A stretch of DNA of 54,950 nt, counting the filler, from Limisphaerales bacterium (GTDB lineage Bacteria > Verrucomicrobiota > Verrucomicrobiia > Limisphaerales > SIBE01): the NCBI GenBank assembly GCA_044225505.1. It is 3 parts of 3 records of this genome, joined end to end, with 100 filler letters (N's around TTAATTAATTAA, not from the genome) between each part and the next. Parts side by side here need not be neighbours in the genome. Positions count along the whole stretch, not along the records: positions 36,697 to 54,950 come from JBGAIN010000162.1; 2 more parts are not named here. The stretch is one strand, 5' to 3'. Position numbers and translations under genes: made by a program. Of the stretch, positions 50,094 to 54,950 are shown piece by piece (the stretch's first letter is position 1; each line of letters begins with the position of its first letter). The notes beneath the pieces were generated by a model. It worked only from the letters and a program-made list of their open reading frames with translations. It did not search any database and was not told where the DNA came from.

Positions 50094-50861
50094 ATGAAGA
50101 TCCTCGCTACCGCTTTTCTCCTCTGTTTCGCCTCGCTGCGACTTGGCGCCGAAGTCCTTGTAGTCGCTGATGAATTCCCTGCGATGCAAGTGCTCACGGA
50201 ACGGCTTCGAGCCGAAGAAGGAGTCACATCCCGGCTCGTGGAGCAAGACCATCTGCCCGAATCGCTGCAAGCCTTCTCTTGCGTGGCGGTGTATATCCAC
50301 AAGGACCTGATGCCGGCGGCGGAACGGGCTTTTATCGAGTATGCGGAGTCCGGAGGCCGGTTGGTCTTACTGCATCACTCGATCAGTTCCGGGAAGCGCA
50401 AGAACCGGGATTGGTTCACCTTTCTAGGGATTGAATTGCCCGAAGGAAAGGTGTCGCAAGGTGGCTACCAATGGATCGAAGACGTGTCCGTGGAATGGAT
50501 CAATCTAGCGCCGGCGCACTATGTAATGACCCACAGGATCGAGTACCCTCGCGTTGCTCCGGGATTGTCGACAGTCCCGAACTCCAAGGCCCAAACAGCG
50601 CCATCGTTTGAGCTCCGCGGCACGGAGGTTTATCTCAACCACGTCCTGAAAGGCCCGCACCACATTTTCATGGGTCTTCGTTACGTAGAAAAGGGCTCTG
50701 GTCAAGTCTGGCAGCAAAGCACCGCGGGATGGGACCGACCGACGGGGAAAGGCCGAGTGATCTACTTCATGCCTGGCCACACTTCCAGGGACTTCGAAAG
50801 CCCAGTTTACGGCCGGATCGTCTTAAATGCGATCACGGCGAGTCCGGACAAGTTCCCGTAA
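50094..50861 (+). CDS. Exported ThuA-like (class I glutamine amidotransferase-like) protein
   Basis: Signal peptide, GGRLVLLHH, EVY, GKGRVIYFMPGH, VLNAI. Confidence 0.8.
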   Translation: MKILATAFLLCFASLRLGAEVLVVADEFPAMQVLTERLRAEEGVTSRLVEQDHLPESLQAFSCVAVYIHKDLMPAAERAFIEYAESGGRLVLLHHSISSGKRKNRDWFTFLGIELPEGKVSQGGYQWIEDVSVEWINLAPAHYVMTHRIEYPRVAPGLSTVPNSKAQTAPSFELRGTEVYLNHVLKGPHHIFMGLRYVEKGSGQVWQQSTAGWDRPTGKGRVIYFMPGHTSRDFESPVYGRIVLNAITASPDKFP

Positions 50862-50948
50862 TCGCCGCTGGAGCGACTCGCCCTTTCTTCGATACGTAAC
50901 GAAGGCGCTTCTCCCAGGTGCAGTGGGCCCAACTCCACGCGGTAGGAA

Positions 50949-51500
50949 CTATTCGTTGAGGCCCCAGTGTTGGTAGGGATCAATCGCGCGTTTGGTGGTC
51001 GCGGCTCCTTCGAAATAGAGATTGTGCGGAGTTTCCCCAGCGTCTCTCGTGGGAGTTGGCACATGGCCCGGCAGGTAGCTCATGCCGGTGCGGGCGGCCG
51101 CTTCCCGAAGAAGCCTGTCCCAAGTCGTTTGATGCGGATGGTTTTCCGATTGAAGCAGCGCCAGGAGTTTCGGTTGGCCCGCCACGCAGGCCGTCCAGAG
51201 GCTCACCCAAGCTTGAAACATCGGAGTTGGAGGTTGATCCAGTTGCACGGAAACAAGGACCAATTGCGACGCGGCGACCGCTCCGGCAGCGGCTTGAGCG
51301 ATACGCGCGTCTGAAAAATGGGAAATGCGCCACCATGTCGCTGTCAGCGGCGCTTCTTCGCCCATCGTCCGGAGAAGGAGTTCGTAGGCGGTTGTGGCCT
51401 GTTGTTGAGTGTCATCATCCTCGTACACAAGGGCGACGGAAAGCGACGTTCGAGTCGCTTTCCAGGCATCTCTCAACATGGCCTCTACAAGAGGTTTCAC
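50949..51500 (-). CDS. Hypothetical protein
   Basis: 183-aa ORF filling the gap, with VALVYED...TWW...HWGLNE; resembles an uncharacterised verrucomicrobial family as recalled. Confidence 0.7.
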   Translation of the reverse strand: MKPLVEAMLRDAWKATRTSLSVALVYEDDDTQQQATTAYELLLRTMGEEAPLTATWWRISHFSDARIAQAAAGAVAASQLVLVSVQLDQPPTPMFQAWVSLWTACVAGQPKLLALLQSENHPHQTTWDRLLREAAARTGMSYLPGHVPTPTRDAGETPHNLYFEGAATTKRAIDPYQHWGLNE

Positions 51501-51745
51501 AGCCGCAACCTAGAGCGCGCCCGCGTGGCGTCTACACACAGATATTGGCAAAGATTAGCCGTATCTTGAGCTCGGCGGTTTTGAGCCAGAGCTCTGCCGC
51601 TTTAATCCGCCGGAGCGGCCCTAGCAAAAGCAGGCTGCGGATGTCTCGAGGCGCAGTCCACCAACCGAGGTTTCCCGCGGGATAAATCTCACGTTCCCAT
51701 GACTTCTGTCTCCCGCGAAAACCAGGTCTCCTGAGGACGCAAGCG

Positions 51746-53164
51746 CTATGCGGACCACCCGCTCCGAGGCTCTCGTTTCACCCACCGGTTCAGCTCGGGC
51801 AGATTGGTCACTTTCATCCCTGGCCCATCCCACTCGACCTTTTGCCCAACACCTGCATACTGCGCCAAGTTCCCCAGGAGTGTAAACTCCGTGAGCTTCG
51901 TGCCATAAGCAAAGCCAGCGGCGGTATCGGTCCGGTTTTCCAGGCACGCCTGAATAAAGTCCGTGAAAACGTCCTTGGGGCGGGTCAATGTCTTCGGCGG
52001 TTCCGGAGTCTGTTTCATCTTCTCCATCGGCACGATATGCATTCTTCCGCCGTAGCAGCCGGTATAGATCACCCCTTTCTCGCCAACATACAGGGTTCCG
52101 TTGGTCTCAAATTCCTCTTCCGGGTATTGTTTCTGCAACTCGACCAACAGCGCCGGGATATTGCGCGCTTCCCCTTTGGCGGTCCGGAGATTGCCACTGG
52201 CCTCGGCGTTGGCCTCTTTTTTCAAGCCCTCGTACCAGTAGACCTTGACCGCTGGGTTAGCGCCCCGGGCCGGAAAATCCCAGCGAATACGACTCCCGGT
52301 AGGGTAGCGTTGGTCGCTGCCGCCGCGCACTTGTTCCATCTCGACACTGAGAGGGTGATCCAATTGCAGTGCCCAATAGACGCCGTCCAGAACGTGGCAG
52401 CCCATATTGCCGATCGAGCCGTTCCCGAAATCGTACCAGCCATGCCATTCATGCGGATGGAGATCATCGTGGAATTCGCGGTAAGGCGCCGGTCCAATCC
52501 ACGACTCCCATTGCAGGCCTTCCGGCGGGGTTTGGTAAGGCGGGCGAGGTCCCACGCCGCCATTGGCGCGGTCAGTCCAGCTGTGCGTCTCGGTAATCTT
52601 TCCGATAACTCCAGCTTGGACATACTCGCAAAGCCGCAAATAGCCTTCTTCGCAATGCCCTTGGTTTCCCATCTGCGTGGCGGATTTGTGCGTTCGGGCG
52701 GCGTCACGCATCGCCCGGGCCTCGGCAATCGAGTGACACACGGGTTTTTCGCAATAGACCCCCTTGCCCAGGTCGATAGCGCGCAGTGCCGGGAGCGCAT
52801 GATGATGGTTGGGAGTGGCGATGAAAACCGCGTCAATCTGCTTTCCAAGCTTATCAAACATGACCCGATAATCGGTGAACACTTCCGGCTTGGCGTCGGA
52901 GTTCCGGGTTTTCAACCACTTCAACACTGTGGCGTGGCGCTTTTCATCAGGATCCACCAGGGCCGTGAGAATCTGGCCACTCTTGCCGATGGCATTGTCC
53001 AAGTGAGTCATGCCTCGACCACCGCAGCCAATTTGGACGCACCGTAGTTTATCCCCGGAACCCGCCAGGATGGATGGCACAGCCAGGCTGCCAAACGCCG
53101 TCAACGCTCCCGTGGCGGCGAAAGTTCTGTGTAAGAAGGCGCGGCGTGTCAGAGTGGCTTTCAT
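51746..53164 (-). CDS. Tat-exported Gfo/Idh/MocA oxidoreductase
   Basis: TRRAFL, IGCGGRG, ATPNHHH, YCEKP, QMGNQG, GNMGCHVLD. Start at ATG 53164. Confidence 0.95.
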   Translation of the reverse strand: MKATLTRRAFLHRTFAATGALTAFGSLAVPSILAGSGDKLRCVQIGCGGRGMTHLDNAIGKSGQILTALVDPDEKRHATVLKWLKTRNSDAKPEVFTDYRVMFDKLGKQIDAVFIATPNHHHALPALRAIDLGKGVYCEKPVCHSIAEARAMRDAARTHKSATQMGNQGHCEEGYLRLCEYVQAGVIGKITETHSWTDRANGGVGPRPPYQTPPEGLQWESWIGPAPYREFHDDLHPHEWHGWYDFGNGSIGNMGCHVLDGVYWALQLDHPLSVEMEQVRGGSDQRYPTGSRIRWDFPARGANPAVKVYWYEGLKKEANAEASGNLRTAKGEARNIPALLVELQKQYPEEEFETNGTLYVGEKGVIYTGCYGGRMHIVPMEKMKQTPEPPKTLTRPKDVFTDFIQACLENRTDTAAGFAYGTKLTEFTLLGNLAQYAGVGQKVEWDGPGMKVTNLPELNRWVKREPRSGWSA

Positions 53165-53474
53165 AGGCTTTTCAATGGCTAATGGGATTACAGTGAAGAT
53201 CAGCGGCGTGCATGGTCTCAGGATACAAGATCTCGCCCGGCTCTGTCCACCCTCCACATGGGCGCGGGAGCAATTCAACTCAATTCGCACTCCGCGAGTC
53301 CTGTCGGCGACGAGAGGTTTCACCGAGACCGGCCTCTCGGTCGACGTGGCCGCAAGCGGGCACCGATCGGCGTGAGGATTCCGGTGGGCCAGCGGCACCG
53401 CGGTGACCGCGACTCCGACGAGTGCAAGTCCCGCTGGATCGGTCACGCGTTACGAAGTGATAGAGAGCGCGAAC

Positions 53475-54041
53475 TTACGTCGCCGAACGGCGCGATCGCA
53501 TCCGGAAGAGTTTCTGACCCACTAAAGCGAACACCGCCAGAATCAGCACAATGGTGAACAAAGGAGCAACCAACGCGAGCAGGGAGGTCAACACGGATCC
53601 CGCCAACTCCGCGGTCGCGAAGACGGGATTGGCCAAACCGCCGGTTGTGAGAGTGGATGCTCCCCGGGCCAGGATGGTGGAACCTTGGATCAAGCTGGCG
53701 GCGCCGCCTCCTGCAATCACCGCCAAGGTCCAACGCAAGAATGGACTGACGTCAGTCACAAACGAGGCCGTGACGACCGTCCCCGCGATGATCGCAGCCG
53801 GCGTTGCGATCGTGTCGAGAAAGTGATCCAGCCAAGGAATATAATAACCTGCGATCTCCAGTCCTGTCGCGGCGGACAGTGTGATCAAGCCTGGATAAGA
53901 GCCGATCCATTGAAATCCGGGGGCCAAATCGAGGTGCCCGGAATAGCTCGCCAGGCTCATGATGAACAGGGGGACGAATACGCGGAACCCGCAAGCGGCA
54001 CTCAAGCCAATTCCAACGCAGAGGCTCAGGATGGTTTCCAT
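53475..54041 (-). CDS. DUF4126 membrane protein
   Basis: GIGLSAACGFRVFVPL, EIAGYYIPWLDHFLD, TTGGLANPV...E. Confidence 0.9.
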   Translation of the reverse strand: METILSLCVGIGLSAACGFRVFVPLFIMSLASYSGHLDLAPGFQWIGSYPGLITLSAATGLEIAGYYIPWLDHFLDTIATPAAIIAGTVVTASFVTDVSPFLRWTLAVIAGGGAASLIQGSTILARGASTLTTGGLANPVFATAELAGSVLTSLLALVAPLFTIVLILAVFALVGQKLFRMRSRRSAT

Positions 54042-54195
54042 AACAAGATTCTTATCCGCAGTCTAGCACGCGCCGGAGTCTTGTCCAACGGGTTACGATT
54101 GGGAAGGGGAAATGGAATGGCGGGACGAAGGGAATGGATGAGCCAGAGAGGACTGGGCAGCGCGGGATTCTGGATCGAATCGTGGTTCATTCGCT

Positions 54196-54292
54196 TTTCA
54201 CAGGGAGTAAAAACGGAATCAACAGGGGAATAACACGGGATCTATCCGTGTTATATCCGAGTTATTGCCGTGTTATCTCCCTGTTATATACG
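54196..54292. repeat. Palindromic array of 11-bp units, copy 2
   Basis: TTTCACAGGGA GTAAAAACGGA ATCAACAGGGG AATAACACGGG | ATCTA | TCCGTGTTATA TCCGAGTTATT GCCGTGTTATC TCCCTGTTATA TACG. Confidence 0.9.
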
Positions 54293-54704
54293 GACGACGA
54301 GTGCGTGCAGAGCGCCCGACGCTCGGAGTCCCATTGTCTCTTTCCAAGACACACAATTGGTTGAAAAGAGACAGAACGCCAATCCTTGAAGGTTCGGGGG
54401 ATTTGTCGTTGCGGCCCTAACCCGCTCGGCTCCAGGGCAGCATCGAATCGACGACGGGCCTCAGGGCGGCCGCTGACCCTCCTCGGTCGTGGCATGGAGC
54501 TAGCTGCTGGGCGAGCGGGTTTAGCGTTGAAGAAGTTAGCGGCGGATGTTCCAGGCCCGGACTGTCGGTGTGCGCGGTGCTGGCTTGGCAAGATTTACTC
54601 AGCAGCAAGACGAGGTCTCTCTCCGCGTCTTGGGAGTGCGTTTTGCGATTGACACCCGCTGAGTTCCGCACAGAATACCTTCAAGCTCGACTACGGCAAC
54701 TGCT

Positions 54705-54950
54705 GTGCGCAATTACCTGACGACTTTGCTCTGGCATGAGGACCGGCTCTCGTCGCTATCCTCCAAATACCTCCTCGCGCTCGGGCTGCTTTCCACCGCG
54801 GCAGTTGCTCTGCTCTATCGGAGCCTCATCCAGTTCCTCGATGATTTGACATTTCTCCTCTCGGAGAATGATCTGGGAACAGCGTTGGTTCTCCTCACCT
54901 TTCTCTTGGTGATTAGCACGGCGCTCTGGGTGGTGTCCTGCTGTTTTGGG
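54705..54950 (+). CDS. Membrane protein, 3' truncated by window end
   Basis: GTG at 54705 opens VRNYLTTLLWHEDRLSSLSSKYLLALGLL...WVVSCCFG with two hydrophobic segments; TTGACA-N16-CAGAAT upstream (54649-54676). Confidence 0.6.
   Translation, partial: MRNYLTTLLWHEDRLSSLSSKYLLALGLLSTAAVALLYRSLIQFLDDLTFLLSENDLGTALVLLTFLLVISTALWVVSCCFG

Noticed and set aside
54414..54541. Integron attC site (CCCTAAC...GTTAGCG)
   Set aside because: L/R box spacing does not fit the attC consensus, and there is no integrase or cassette array in view.

Overview
The window is three unrelated genomic segments (1-18250, 18351-36596, 36697-54950) joined by two artificial 100-nt N/TTAATTAATTAA linkers, so nothing can be inferred across the joins. 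Gene content (DUF1553/DUF1501 pair, DUF1080, ECF sigma-Ser/Thr kinase pair, large secreted proteins ending in a ...W...FYR tail) suggests a GC-rich PVC bacterium, probably Verrucomicrobiota (inference). Segment 1 holds a HIT-phoH-ybeY-DUF502 run, a membrane-fused spermidine-synthase-like gene, a frameshifted Sel1 protein, a 1391-aa metzincin protease, prfB with its +1 frameshift, tadA and a probable IS left end. Segment 2 holds nadK, a tripartite ABC exporter split by an antisense kinase + ECF sigma pair, a GNAT-cupin fusion, a two-component system and a molybdopterin oxidoreductase. Segment 3 holds DUF1553, DUF1501, a PQQ-like propeller, a LamG/Ig repeat protein, a xylose-isomerase-like gene, an ABC exporter, aas, ThuA-like, Gfo/Idh/MocA and DUF4126 genes. 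The two most notable non-coding signals are (i) a dispersed intergenic element built from four 11-bp units facing four inverted 11-bp units, with two homologous copies (about 3622-3733 and 54186-54297) plus a same-architecture variant (36435-36528), and (ii) a 17-bp dyad TAATACSGAAGCRCTAT found three times, upstream of both halves of the split exporter and of an unannotated Cys-rich ORF beside the two-component system. No rRNA, tRNA or CRISPR array was recognised. All family assignments are by motif recognition, not database search.
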